Of a stretch of 60,723 bases of DNA, positions 37,569 through 47,169 are shown piece after piece. Position 1 is the stretch's first letter. Each line of letters opens with the position of its first letter. The stretch spans positions 1 through 60,723 of the forward strand of contig JAVCCJ010000034.1 of the NCBI GenBank assembly GCA_030765585.1, given 5' to 3'. The position numbers and the translations under genes were made by a program. This DNA comes from Candidatus Zapsychrus exili. GTDB taxonomy: Bacteria; Omnitrophota; Gorgyraeia; Zapsychrales; Zapsychraceae. The notes under the pieces are model-generated. The model ran no database searches and was not told the DNA's origin. It saw nothing but the letters and a program-made list of their open reading frames with translations.

Positions 37569-38389
37569 TAAAAAAAATAAACTTTACAAAAATGGCTGGA
37601 GCAGGAAATGATTTTATAGTCGTAGATGTACAAAAAAATATTGATTATAAGAACTTAGCAAAAAAAGTTTGCGATCGTACCAACGGAATTGGAGCAGATG
37701 GACTTTTGGTTCTTGATAAGTCAAAAAAGTCAGACTACAAAATGCGCATCATAAATCCTGACGGATCAGAAGCTGAAATGTGTGGAAATGGCGCAAGATG
37801 CCTAGCTGCATATATCACTAAAAATAAAAAACCAAAAAAACAGATGTTCTCAGTTGAAACATTGTCCGGAGAAATACTGTGCAGAGCTAAAAAAGAAATT
37901 GCTATCGTAAGACTAAAAGACCCAAAAGGGTATAAGGACAGCATCACACTTTCTATTAATAAACAAAAAATACATGTCTCATTCATTGATACAGGAGTTC
38001 CTCACATTGTCATATTTGTCGACAAACTAGAGAATATTAATGTTTCTAAGATTGGCAGAGACATTCGATTCGATACAAAATTTAAACCAAAAGGAACAAA
38101 TGTAAATTTTATTGAACAAATAAATAAGAATTTAATTGATGCCCGTACTTATGAACGCGGTGTCGAAAACGAAACAAAGGCATGCGGCACAGGCAGTGTT
38201 GCATCCGCCATAATTGCATATCTAAAAACTAATCCTACTATTAAAAACAAACAAGGCGCAACAATGAAGGTCAAAACAAAAAGTGGGGAAATTTTAGAAG
38301 TTTGTTTTGATATAATCAAAGGTACAGCGATCAATGTTTGGCTCTTAGGAAGTGCCAAATTTATAGCTAAGGGAGAATATTATGTTTAA
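37565..38389 (+). CDS. dapF: Diaminopimelate epimerase
   Basis: KMAGAGNDF, EMCGNGARC, TGVPH, TYERGV, ACGTG. Confidence 0.96.
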   Translation: MIKKINFTKMAGAGNDFIVVDVQKNIDYKNLAKKVCDRTNGIGADGLLVLDKSKKSDYKMRIINPDGSEAEMCGNGARCLAAYITKNKKPKKQMFSVETLSGEILCRAKKEIAIVRLKDPKGYKDSITLSINKQKIHVSFIDTGVPHIVIFVDKLENINVSKIGRDIRFDTKFKPKGTNVNFIEQINKNLIDARTYERGVENETKACGTGSVASAIIAYLKTNPTIKNKQGATMKVKTKSGEILEVCFDIIKGTAINVWLLGSAKFIAKGEYYV

Positions 38390-39260
38390 AGGTTTACTTG
38401 TCGCAATAATTACACCATTTAAAGACGGAACAATTGATGAGAATAAATTTAAAGAACTCATTGAGATTCAAATAAAAAATGGAACAAATGGAATTGTTCC
38501 TTGCGGAACAACAGGCGAGTCTCCGACTCTTACAACAAAAGAACACGACAAAGTAATAGAGCTATGCATTGAGACTGTAAATAAAAGAATTCCGGTTATA
38601 GCAGGTACAGGTTCGAACTCAACTGCTGAAGCTATTCATCTGACAAAACATGCAGCAGATGCAGGGGCTGATGCAGCATTAGTTGTAACTCCTTATTATA
38701 ATAAGCCTACACAAAAAGGAATATATCTACACTTTAAAGCTGTTGCTGAAAGTGTCGACATTCCTATAATTCTTTACAACATAGAAAGTCGCACCGGTAG
38801 AAACATCGAAACAGAAACAGTTGCAAAACTTGCACGTGACTGCAAAAATATTATAGGAGTTAAGGAAGCATCTGGCTCTCTAGAACAAGCTGGCGATGTA
38901 AAAAAAGCGTGTGGAGATGATTTCATTGTACTGTCTGGAGATGATGCACTAACGCTTCCTATGATGGATATAGGAGGATCAGGCGTTATATCTGTTGTTG
39001 CAAATATCGTACCAAAAGATGTTGCCGCTATGGTCAATGCTTATAACAAAGGAAATAAAGAAAAAGCATTTGAATTAAACAATAAACTAACTCCTTTAAT
39101 CAAAGCAATGTTTATTGAAACAAATCCTATTCCAGTCAAACATGCCGCAGGTCTTCTTGGGCTTTGCTCAAGAGAGGTTCGTCTTCCACTATGCGAAATG
39201 GAAGATGCGAATCTTGAAATATTAAAAAACGAGCTCAAAAACTACGGGTTGCTAAAATAG
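38382..39260 (+). CDS. dapA: 4-hydroxy-tetrahydrodipicolinate synthase
   Basis: GTTGESPTL, VTPYYNKP, LYNI, GVKEASG, ETNPIPVK. Confidence 0.96.
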   Translation: MFKGLLVAIITPFKDGTIDENKFKELIEIQIKNGTNGIVPCGTTGESPTLTTKEHDKVIELCIETVNKRIPVIAGTGSNSTAEAIHLTKHAADAGADAALVVTPYYNKPTQKGIYLHFKAVAESVDIPIILYNIESRTGRNIETETVAKLARDCKNIIGVKEASGSLEQAGDVKKACGDDFIVLSGDDALTLPMMDIGGSGVISVVANIVPKDVAAMVNAYNKGNKEKAFELNNKLTPLIKAMFIETNPIPVKHAAGLLGLCSREVRLPLCEMEDANLEILKNELKNYGLLK

Positions 39261-39279
39261 ATCCTAAAACGAGGTAAAT

Positions 39280-40017
39280 ATGATTAAACTTGCAATTAGC
39301 GGTTGCTTAGGCAGAATGGGCACCAAAATAACCCAACTAGCACTACGACAACCTAAGCGCTTTGAAATCCATACGCTACTAGAGCATCCTAGCCATCCTA
39401 AAGCTAACCAAGCTTGCGAAGGTGTACCTGTAAGCGCTGATAGCTCATCTTTAAAAGGCTCGGATGTTTTAATCGAATTTACTTTACCAGAAGGTACTCT
39501 ACAAAACCTTAGAACTTGTGTTGAGCAAAAAATACCTATGGTGATTGGGACAACGGGATTGACGCCTGAACAAAAAAAAGAAGTAAAGAAGGCTGCAGAA
39601 ATTATTCCCATAATCTACGGAACAAACATGTCTATCGGGGTAAACGTTTTATTTAAGGCGACAGAACTAGTTGCAAAGAAACTTCAAGGTGCGATGGACA
39701 TCTCCATTTACGAAGAGCATCACATACACAAAAAAGACTCTCCTTCGGGAACAGCAAAAACTTTAGCTGAAATAGCAGAAGAAGCATCAAAACAAAAAGC
39801 AAAGTTTAACCCTGAACCTTTAAGAGAAGGTGAAATTATTGGAAATCATGAGATCGCTTTTGAAACAGAATTTGATACATTCAAGATGTATCACCACGCG
39901 AAAGATAGAGCTATGTTTGCGCTAGGAGCCTTAGAAGCAGCACATTACTTAGCAGAAAAGAAACCTGGACTTTATAGTATGCAGCAAGTTTTAGGCCTAG
40001 ATCAAATAAAGGTGTAA
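39280..40017 (+). CDS. dapB: 4-hydroxy-tetrahydrodipicolinate reductase
   Basis: GCLGRMG, IGTTG, NMSIG, EEHH..KKDSPSGTA, H.A.DR..FA.GA. Confidence 0.95.
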   Translation: MIKLAISGCLGRMGTKITQLALRQPKRFEIHTLLEHPSHPKANQACEGVPVSADSSSLKGSDVLIEFTLPEGTLQNLRTCVEQKIPMVIGTTGLTPEQKKEVKKAAEIIPIIYGTNMSIGVNVLFKATELVAKKLQGAMDISIYEEHHIHKKDSPSGTAKTLAEIAEEASKQKAKFNPEPLREGEIIGNHEIAFETEFDTFKMYHHAKDRAMFALGALEAAHYLAEKKPGLYSMQQVLGLDQIKV

Positions 40018-40072
40018 GGTTTAAGAAATCCAAGAAAAAAATCCCCCTCATTAAACTAGAAAGGAAGTATTC

Positions 40073-41239
40073 GTGTCAAACAATATAGACTTCTCGCAAA
40101 GATTAAAAGATTTACCTCCATATTTATTTTTAACAATTGATAAAGCAAAGAGAGCGGCAATTGCAGAAGGTCGCGATGTTATAAATCTTGGCATCGGAGA
40201 CCCTGATTCTCCAACTCCACAACATATAATAGAATCAATGAAAAAAGCTGTCGAAGATGGAGACAATCATCATTATGCATTAGACGCTGGACTACCAGAA
40301 CTTAGAGAAGAAATAAACAAATGGTTTAACAATCGTTTTGATGTTGATTTAGATACTGATTCTGAAATTTATCCTTTAATCGGATCAAAAGAAGGACTTG
40401 CTCATTTTCCTTTAGGGGTTATTAACCCAGGAGATAGGGTTGTGCTAACAAATCCGGCATACCCAGCATATAGACCAGCTATTGAGTTTGCAGGAGGAGA
40501 AATAATAAATGTACCTCTTAGCGAAGAAAACTCATTTTTGCCTAGTATCGAAGATATCAGAAAACTAGACAATATAAAAATGATGCTAGTAAATTACCCA
40601 AATAATCCAACGTCTGCGGTTGCAACCAAAGAATTTTATGAAGACTTGGTCAAATTAGCAAAAGAAAAAGACTTCTTCATTGTTTCTGATATGGCTTATT
40701 CTGAGGTTTATTATGATGGGCAGAAACCTATAAGCATACTAGAAATAAACGGGGCAAAAGATATTGCAATAGAATTTCATTCGCTATCAAAAACTTATTA
40801 CATGACAGGCTGGAGAATAGGATGGGCCTGCGGGAATAAAACATTAGTTGCCGCCTTGGCACAAGTTAAATCAAACTTCGATTCTGGAATTTTTCAAGCT
40901 ATTCAAGTAGCAGGAATCGCAGCTCTAAAGAGCGATGAAGCGATAACAGATGATATGAGAGCACTCTACAAAGAAAGAAGAGATATTCTTATCAATGGCT
41001 TAAAAAGCATTGGCTGGGATATTCCCACGCCTAAAGCAGCATTTTACATTTGGGCTAAACTTCCAAACGGATTTAAAACTTCAATGGAATGCGCAAAAGC
41101 ATTCTTAGATAAAGCTAATATCGTAATAACTCCTGGTATTGGTTTTGGCGAATATGGTGAAGGCTATGTTCGAATGACATTAACAATCTCAAAAGAAAGA
41201 ATCATTGAGGCTGTAAACAGATTAAAGAAAATTCTTTAA
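40073..41239 (+). CDS. dapL: LL-diaminopimelate aminotransferase
   Basis: Class I PLP aminotransferase (GSKEG, NYPNNPT, SLSKTY.MTGWRIG) in dap operon context; GTG start. Confidence 0.8.
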   Translation: MSNNIDFSQRLKDLPPYLFLTIDKAKRAAIAEGRDVINLGIGDPDSPTPQHIIESMKKAVEDGDNHHYALDAGLPELREEINKWFNNRFDVDLDTDSEIYPLIGSKEGLAHFPLGVINPGDRVVLTNPAYPAYRPAIEFAGGEIINVPLSEENSFLPSIEDIRKLDNIKMMLVNYPNNPTSAVATKEFYEDLVKLAKEKDFFIVSDMAYSEVYYDGQKPISILEINGAKDIAIEFHSLSKTYYMTGWRIGWACGNKTLVAALAQVKSNFDSGIFQAIQVAGIAALKSDEAITDDMRALYKERRDILINGLKSIGWDIPTPKAAFYIWAKLPNGFKTSMECAKAFLDKANIVITPGIGFGEYGEGYVRMTLTISKERIIEAVNRLKKIL

Positions 41240-41248
41240 CTTATTATT

Positions 41249-41683
41249 ATGTCAAATGCATATCTATCTCTAGGATCAAATCTAGGTAACCGACAAAAAA
41301 ACATAGAGGATGCGATTTCTCTATTAAATGAGAATCCCATAAATATTGTTTCGACATCTTCTATCATAGAAACCAATCCTATAGGCGGACCAAGGAATCA
41401 AAACAAATATTTAAATGCTGTTGTAGAAGTAACAACAGATCTTAGTCCGCACAACCTTCTTTACAAAGTTAACAAAATAGAGCATAGGCTAGGAAGAGTT
41501 CGCACAATAAAAGATGGACCGCGAACTATTGACATAGATATACTTATTTTTGATTCAATAAAAATAGAATCTGATGACCTTACCATTCCTCATCCTAGAA
41601 TGTTAGATAGAGATTTTGTTATGATTCCATTAAAAGAAATAGCGAAAGAATTAGTAGAAAATTTAGATTATGCTAACAATTAA
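41249..41683 (+). CDS. folK: 2-amino-4-hydroxy-6-hydroxymethyldihydropteridine diphosphokinase
   Basis: YLSLGSNLG, YLNAV, GPRTIDIDIL, PHPRM..R.FV. Confidence 0.95.
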   Translation: MSNAYLSLGSNLGNRQKNIEDAISLLNENPINIVSTSSIIETNPIGGPRNQNKYLNAVVEVTTDLSPHNLLYKVNKIEHRLGRVRTIKDGPRTIDIDILIFDSIKIESDDLTIPHPRMLDRDFVMIPLKEIAKELVENLDYANN

Positions 41684-42518
41684 ATCGACCAAACAAGCTA
41701 CAAAAGCAATAAAAGAAATAAGTTCAAAAAACAAGAGTATTGGCTTTGTCCCTACAATGGGGGCTTTACACGAAGGCCATCTTTCTTTAATAAAAAAAGC
41801 TCGTCGAGAATGTGACATTGTTGTCCTCAGTATCTTTGTTAACCCGACTCAATTTGCAGCAAATGAAGATCTTAATAAATATCCTCGTCAGAAAAAAAAA
41901 GATGAATTGTTGGCAAAAAAAGAAAAAGTTGATATAATATTTTATCCGTCGGTCGAGGAGATGTACAAAAACGATTGCCTTACATTTGTAGAAACAACAG
42001 GATTAGGAAAACTTTTGTGTGGTAAATATAGACCTAGACACTTTCGTGGCATCACAACAGTTGTTGCAAAGCTTCTTAACATAGTGACACCTAACGTTAT
42101 TTATCTTGGAAGCAAAGATGGACAGCAAGCTATCATAATAAGAAAAATGGTTGATGACCTAAACTTTAACGTGAAGGTAAGGATTTGTCCAACCATACGC
42201 GAACGTGACGGACTTGCAATGAGCTCAAGGAATAGCTACCTAACAAAAAAACAACGTAGCGAATCCGCTGTTCTTTTTAAAGCCTTAAAACTAGCCAAAA
42301 AAGAAATTTTATCCGGCCAGTACAACTCAAAGAAAATTATAAATTTTATTAGAAATTTTATAATCACTAAGAGTTCAGCAAAGATTGATTACATTGGTTG
42401 CGTAAACAGAGACTCATTAAAATCTCTTGAAAAGCTACACGGTAGGGTTATGATAGCTTTAGCCGTTAAATTTAAAAAAGTCAGACTCATCGACAACATT
42501 GTGTTTAAAGTAAAATAA
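41670..42518 (+). CDS. panC: Pantoate-beta-alanine ligase
   Basis: PTMGALHEGH, SIFVNPTQF, RPRHF.G, RE.DGLAMSSRN, RLIDN. Confidence 0.95.
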   Translation: MLTIKSTKQATKAIKEISSKNKSIGFVPTMGALHEGHLSLIKKARRECDIVVLSIFVNPTQFAANEDLNKYPRQKKKDELLAKKEKVDIIFYPSVEEMYKNDCLTFVETTGLGKLLCGKYRPRHFRGITTVVAKLLNIVTPNVIYLGSKDGQQAIIIRKMVDDLNFNVKVRICPTIRERDGLAMSSRNSYLTKKQRSESAVLFKALKLAKKEILSGQYNSKKIINFIRNFIITKSSAKIDYIGCVNRDSLKSLEKLHGRVMIALAVKFKKVRLIDNIVFKVK

Positions 42519-42522
42519 TTTT

Positions 42523-43335
42523 ATGAAAAACAAAATTAAAGTCGGCATAGTTGGATGTGGAGCGATAGGTTCAGGTATCGCAAGAAGCATCAAAAGCGAA
42601 TTAAAAAAAGATTATAAAATATCTGGTCTTTATGATACTGATAAGACCGTTTCCTCAAAACTCGCAAAAAGCTTATGCGAAACAAAATCTATCAAAATAT
42701 CCCTTAAAAGTTTAATCAAAAGCTGCGATATCGTTATTGAGGCTGTTAATTCAATAAGTGTATACGACATAGCAAAAGAATCTATCAAGCTTAAAAAGAA
42801 CATCCTTGTCATGAGCTCAGGTCAACTTCTAAACGCAAAAGATCTATTTAGCCTAGCAAAGAGAAATGGATGCAAAATAATAATACCGTCTGGCGCGATA
42901 TCAGGTATAGATGCAATAAAAGCCTCTAGTATGATTAATTTTAAGAAAATAACCCTTACAACTCGAAAACCTATTACTGGCTTTAAAAATGATCCAAACT
43001 TCACAAAAAAGAACGCAGGCAAGACAAATAAAGATATTGTTATTTTTAAAGGTAGCGTTGATAAGGCTGTCAAATTATTTCCTAGAAACATCAACGTAGC
43101 AGCAACTCTATCATTAGCATGCAGAGACAAAAGCAAAGTGACTGTTCAAATAATCACTTCTTCTAAATATAAAAATAATTCTCATGAAATTGAAATGATA
43201 GGTGATTCTGGACGCATTACAACAAAAACAGAGAATGTAATTTGTCCCGACAATCCTAAGACGAGCTATTTAGCTGTTTTATCTGCTATTGCAACGTTAA
43301 AGCAATTTAGCTCAGGATTGTTTGTCGGGACTTAA
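42523..43335 (+). CDS. nadX: L-aspartate dehydrogenase (NAD biosynthesis)
   Basis: GCGAIG, PSGAISGID, TTRKP, FPRNINVA, NPKTS.LA. Confidence 0.88.
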   Translation: MKNKIKVGIVGCGAIGSGIARSIKSELKKDYKISGLYDTDKTVSSKLAKSLCETKSIKISLKSLIKSCDIVIEAVNSISVYDIAKESIKLKKNILVMSSGQLLNAKDLFSLAKRNGCKIIIPSGAISGIDAIKASSMINFKKITLTTRKPITGFKNDPNFTKKNAGKTNKDIVIFKGSVDKAVKLFPRNINVAATLSLACRDKSKVTVQIITSSKYKNNSHEIEMIGDSGRITTKTENVICPDNPKTSYLAVLSAIATLKQFSSGLFVGT

Positions 43336-43371
43336 ATCAATAAAAATACTTGTGGAAAGGAGGGTTAACAA

Positions 43372-43704
43372 ATGGCTAAGAAAGTTGCTAAAGTAGGTAT
43401 CAAAAAGGAAGCTGGATGCCTTTATTTTGTAGACAAGAAAGGCGATATCTCTTGCGCTAAAATGGCTCGTGGTAACAAGAAGGGTGGTTCACCTAAGAAA
43501 GTTGCTAAAGTCGGTATTACAAAAGAGTCAGGTTTCCTTTATTTTATAGATAAAGACGGAGACATCTCTTGCGCAAAAATGGTTCGTGGGGGTAAAAAGA
43601 AAAAAGCTGCAAAGAAAGTTGCAAAGAAGAAAGCTCCAGCTAAGAAGAAAGTTGTGAAGAAAATTGTAAAGAAAGTTGTAAAAAAAGCTAAAAAAAAGAA
43701 ATAA
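43372..43704 (+). CDS. Small basic protein with a duplicated 32-aa domain and Lys/Ala/Val-rich tail
   Basis: Strong RBS GGAAAGGAGG; repeats at residues 3-34 and 42-73 (26/32 identical); 22 Lys in last 36 aa. Confidence 0.8.
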   Translation: MAKKVAKVGIKKEAGCLYFVDKKGDISCAKMARGNKKGGSPKKVAKVGITKESGFLYFIDKDGDISCAKMVRGGKKKKAAKKVAKKKAPAKKKVVKKIVKKVVKKAKKKK

Positions 43705-43723
43705 TAATATAGCTTTTACATAC

Positions 43724-43769
43724 TTTAAACAGCCCTAATAAGCTAAACAGTTTGCTAGGGCTGTTTAAA
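43724..43769 (+). terminator. Stem-loop after the basic-protein gene
   Basis: TTTAAACAGCCCTA 43724-43737 / TAGGGCTGTTTAAA 43756-43769, perfect 14 bp. Confidence 0.6.
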
Positions 43770-43816
43770 ATTTAATTAAAAATCTCAATCCATCATCAAT
43801 TCTTACCAGTTCAATT

Positions 43817-46606
43817 ATGCAATCGCAACATATAACTATCTCTGGCGCAAAAGAACATAATCTAAAAAATATTAGCCTAAAGATTCCTCGCAATAAATTT
43901 ACTGTCATTACCGGTTTAAGTGGCTCTGGAAAATCGTCCTTAGCGTTTGACACAATTTACGCAGAAGGACAAAGAAGGTATGTAGAGAGTTTGTCTGCCT
44001 ACGCTCGTCAATTTCTTGAGCAACTACAGAAACCTAACGTTGAACACATCGAAGGCTTATCTCCTACAATATCAATAGAACAAAAAACAACTAGTCGCAA
44101 TCCGCGCTCTACTGTCGCAACGCAAACAGAAATTTACGATTATCTTCGTCTTTTATATGCAAGAGTTGGCACGCCCTACTGCTATAAATGCGGCAAGAAA
44201 ATAGAAAAGCAAACATCGTCAGAAATTGTTAATCAAATTTTAAAACACAAAGAAGAAACAAAAATAATAATTTTAGCTCCAATAATAAGAGGTAAAAAGG
44301 GCGAGCATAAAAATATAGGAAACAAGATAGCTAAAGCAGGCTTTGCTAGACTACGTATTAATGGAAAAATATATGAAACACAAGACGAAATAAAATTAGA
44401 TAGGTACAAATCTCACGACATTGAAGTTGTTATCGACCGTCTTACTATAAAGCCGACAATCAAAAAAAGACTTACTGAGTCAATTGAAACCGCACTTAAT
44501 GTGGGATGCGGTATTGTCTTTGTAGATTCTGGATTAAGAATTCCACTTGCTGTATACAGCGAGAATTACGCCTGTGTTGACTGTGGAATAAATATAGAAG
44601 AAATAGAACCTCGCATATTTTCATTTAACTCACCTTACGGTGCCTGCAGCGAATGCAACGGGCTAGGAACAAAGCTTGAAATAGACCCTGAGCTACTTAC
44701 TCCAGACAACACAAAACCTTGGATAAATGCAATAGCACCAGCAAAACGAGGACGAAGACACTACCTAATGTACTACAGAGCCCTCATGCGAGATCTGGCA
44801 GAATTATATGCTGTTGACCCGCACACGCCCTACAAAGAACTGAAAAAAGATTTCAAGGAAATAATGCTTTACGGATCAAAAGATAATATCTGGAACAAAG
44901 AATATGAAGGCGTTGTGAACTACCTAGAAAGAATGTTCAAGGACACTGACAGCGACTGGCTAAAAGACGAACTTAATCGTTATATGTCTATCTTGCCGTG
45001 CCCAACATGTCACGGCTTAAGGTTAAAAAAAGAGTCTTTAGCTGTTAAAATAAAAACAGCCAACATATCTGACATTACATCACTTTCAATTAAAGAAGCT
45101 AAAAAATTCTTTTCAGAACTTAAACTATCTAAAAATAAAACAATCATTGCGGAAGAAATACTAAAAGAGATTATTCGCAGACTAGATTTCTGCATAAATG
45201 TAGGACTTGACTATCTTACCTTAAGTAGAAAAAGCTCTACTTTATCAGGAGGGGAAGCAGAAAGAATAAGATTGGCAACTCAAGTTGGGTCCGGTCTTGT
45301 TGGAGTTATTTATATTCTTGATGAACCAAGCATAGGACTTCACCCGAAAGATAATGAAAGACTTCTATCAACTCTTCATTCTCTGAGAGATATTGGCAAC
45401 ACCCTTATTGTCGTAGAGCATGATGAAGAAACCATAAGAAAAAGCGACTACATAATTGATCTTGGACCAGGAGCAGGAGAGTATGGGGGAGAGATTATGT
45501 ACGCAGGAGATATAAAAGGCCTTCTGAAGTCCAAAAAATCTCTTTCTGGAAAATACTTAAGCGGAAGACTAAAGATATCAACACCTAAAAAAAGAAGGTC
45601 TTACAAAAAATCTGACGTGATAAAAATCGTCAAGGCCGAAGAGCATAATCTAAAAAAAATAAACGTAACTTTTCCGCTAGGAACATTTATTTGCGTTACA
45701 GGCGTATCTGGCTCCGGTAAATCAACTCTTGTCGATGAAATACTTTACAAAGCATTATCTCAAAAAATAAATTATTCAAAAGAAAAGCCAGGTAAACACA
45801 AAAATATCCTAGGAACAGAAAAGATAGATAAAATAATAGAGGTAGACCAATCTCCCATAGGAAGAACGCCTAGGTCAAATCCTGCAACATACACAGGCAT
45901 ATTTAGCCATGTAAGGGCGTTATTTAGCCAGCTACCTGAATCAAAAATGCGAGGATATAAACCAGGCCGTTTTAGCTTTAATGTAAAAGGTGGCAGATGT
46001 GAGGCATGTAAGGGAGACGGAATAAAAAAGATTGAGATGCATTTCTTGCCTGATGTATACATTGAATGCGAGGTGTGCGCAGGCAGACGCTTTACAGAGC
46101 AAACACTGGAGGTAGAATTCAAAGAAAAAAATATATCCAGCGTCTTAGATGCTTCAGTAACGGAAGCTCTTGAATTATTTAAAAACATACCTCGTATTAA
46201 AAAGATATTGCAAACCTTAAGCGATGTCGGTTTAGGTTATATAAAATTAGGTCAACCAGCAACAACTCTATCTGGAGGAGAAGCACAAAGAGTAAAGCTC
46301 GCGAGCGAACTTTGCAAGCCATCAACAGGAAATACTCTTTATATATTAGATGAGCCTACAACAGGCCTACACTTTGCTGATGTTGAAAAACTTTTAAACG
46401 TCCTTCAAAGACTGGTTGATCGCGGCAACACAGTTATTGTAATAGAGCACAATCTAGAAATAATTAAAAACTCAGACTATATAATTGACCTTGGACCTGA
46501 TGGAGGAGATAAGGGCGGAGAGATTATTTTTTCTGGTTCACCAAATGAAATAATAAAGCATAAGACTTCATATACGGGTAAATATCTAAAAAAGGTTATG
46601 TCCTAA
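43817..46606 (+). CDS. uvrA: Excinuclease ABC subunit A
   Basis: Two ABC modules (GLSGSGKSS, GVSGSGKST, LSGGEA), zinc-finger CxxC pairs. Confidence 0.98.
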   Translation: MQSQHITISGAKEHNLKNISLKIPRNKFTVITGLSGSGKSSLAFDTIYAEGQRRYVESLSAYARQFLEQLQKPNVEHIEGLSPTISIEQKTTSRNPRSTVATQTEIYDYLRLLYARVGTPYCYKCGKKIEKQTSSEIVNQILKHKEETKIIILAPIIRGKKGEHKNIGNKIAKAGFARLRINGKIYETQDEIKLDRYKSHDIEVVIDRLTIKPTIKKRLTESIETALNVGCGIVFVDSGLRIPLAVYSENYACVDCGINIEEIEPRIFSFNSPYGACSECNGLGTKLEIDPELLTPDNTKPWINAIAPAKRGRRHYLMYYRALMRDLAELYAVDPHTPYKELKKDFKEIMLYGSKDNIWNKEYEGVVNYLERMFKDTDSDWLKDELNRYMSILPCPTCHGLRLKKESLAVKIKTANISDITSLSIKEAKKFFSELKLSKNKTIIAEEILKEIIRRLDFCINVGLDYLTLSRKSSTLSGGEAERIRLATQVGSGLVGVIYILDEPSIGLHPKDNERLLSTLHSLRDIGNTLIVVEHDEETIRKSDYIIDLGPGAGEYGGEIMYAGDIKGLLKSKKSLSGKYLSGRLKISTPKKRRSYKKSDVIKIVKAEEHNLKKINVTFPLGTFICVTGVSGSGKSTLVDEILYKALSQKINYSKEKPGKHKNILGTEKIDKIIEVDQSPIGRTPRSNPATYTGIFSHVRALFSQLPESKMRGYKPGRFSFNVKGGRCEACKGDGIKKIEMHFLPDVYIECEVCAGRRFTEQTLEVEFKEKNISSVLDASVTEALELFKNIPRIKKILQTLSDVGLGYIKLGQPATTLSGGEAQRVKLASELCKPSTGNTLYILDEPTTGLHFADVEKLLNVLQRLVDRGNTVIVIEHNLEIIKNSDYIIDLGPDGGDKGGEIIFSGSPNEIIKHKTSYTGKYLKKVMS

Positions 46607-47139
46607 TGCAAATTAAAATATCAAAAGAATGTCAAGATTTCTCAGAAAGACTAGAGATACTCCCTAAGACAATAGCCTCAACATTCGTAAATAAAACTCA
46701 AGGTCTATTGATAAAATCCACTCCCGCACAAATCTATGCTATCAAATGGTTTGGCGGAAACAGAATTATACTGACTAATGGAATAATAACTAAACATCAA
46801 AAACAAGAATCCGGCTCAAAAATTCTTGAGATAACTGCTAAATTTGCTATCGAACTAAAAGAAACCCTTCCCTATGGAATAATAAGTAAGAATATGAAAA
46901 TGCCAAAAATTTTAAATGCTGTCGCAAAAAGCTTTGGCGTACCAGTTACTTGCCATAAAGAAGAACAGCCATCAAAAATATATAATGGAAAATGGGACGG
47001 AAAAACTATAAAATTTAAGTTAAATAAGAACGATCACTATCAAGTGTCTGGATCGTTTAATCCAAAAACAAAAACTTGCAAAAATGTCTGGGTATTTTCA
47101 TTTAACGAGTACAAAAAATGGTTTCATTCATTAAGTTGA
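46606..47139 (+). CDS. Hypothetical protein
   Basis: 177-aa ORF with TAATG coupling to uvrA; no motif recognised. Confidence 0.55.
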   Translation: MQIKISKECQDFSERLEILPKTIASTFVNKTQGLLIKSTPAQIYAIKWFGGNRIILTNGIITKHQKQESGSKILEITAKFAIELKETLPYGIISKNMKMPKILNAVAKSFGVPVTCHKEEQPSKIYNGKWDGKTIKFKLNKNDHYQVSGSFNPKTKTCKNVWVFSFNEYKKWFHSLS

Positions 47140-47169
47140 AAAATCAAAGAAAGCTGTTAAAATATTCGC

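Noticed and set aside
38600-38625. GGTTCGAA T-loop-like motif suggesting a tRNA
   Set aside because: Inside the dapA coding frame, with no cloverleaf
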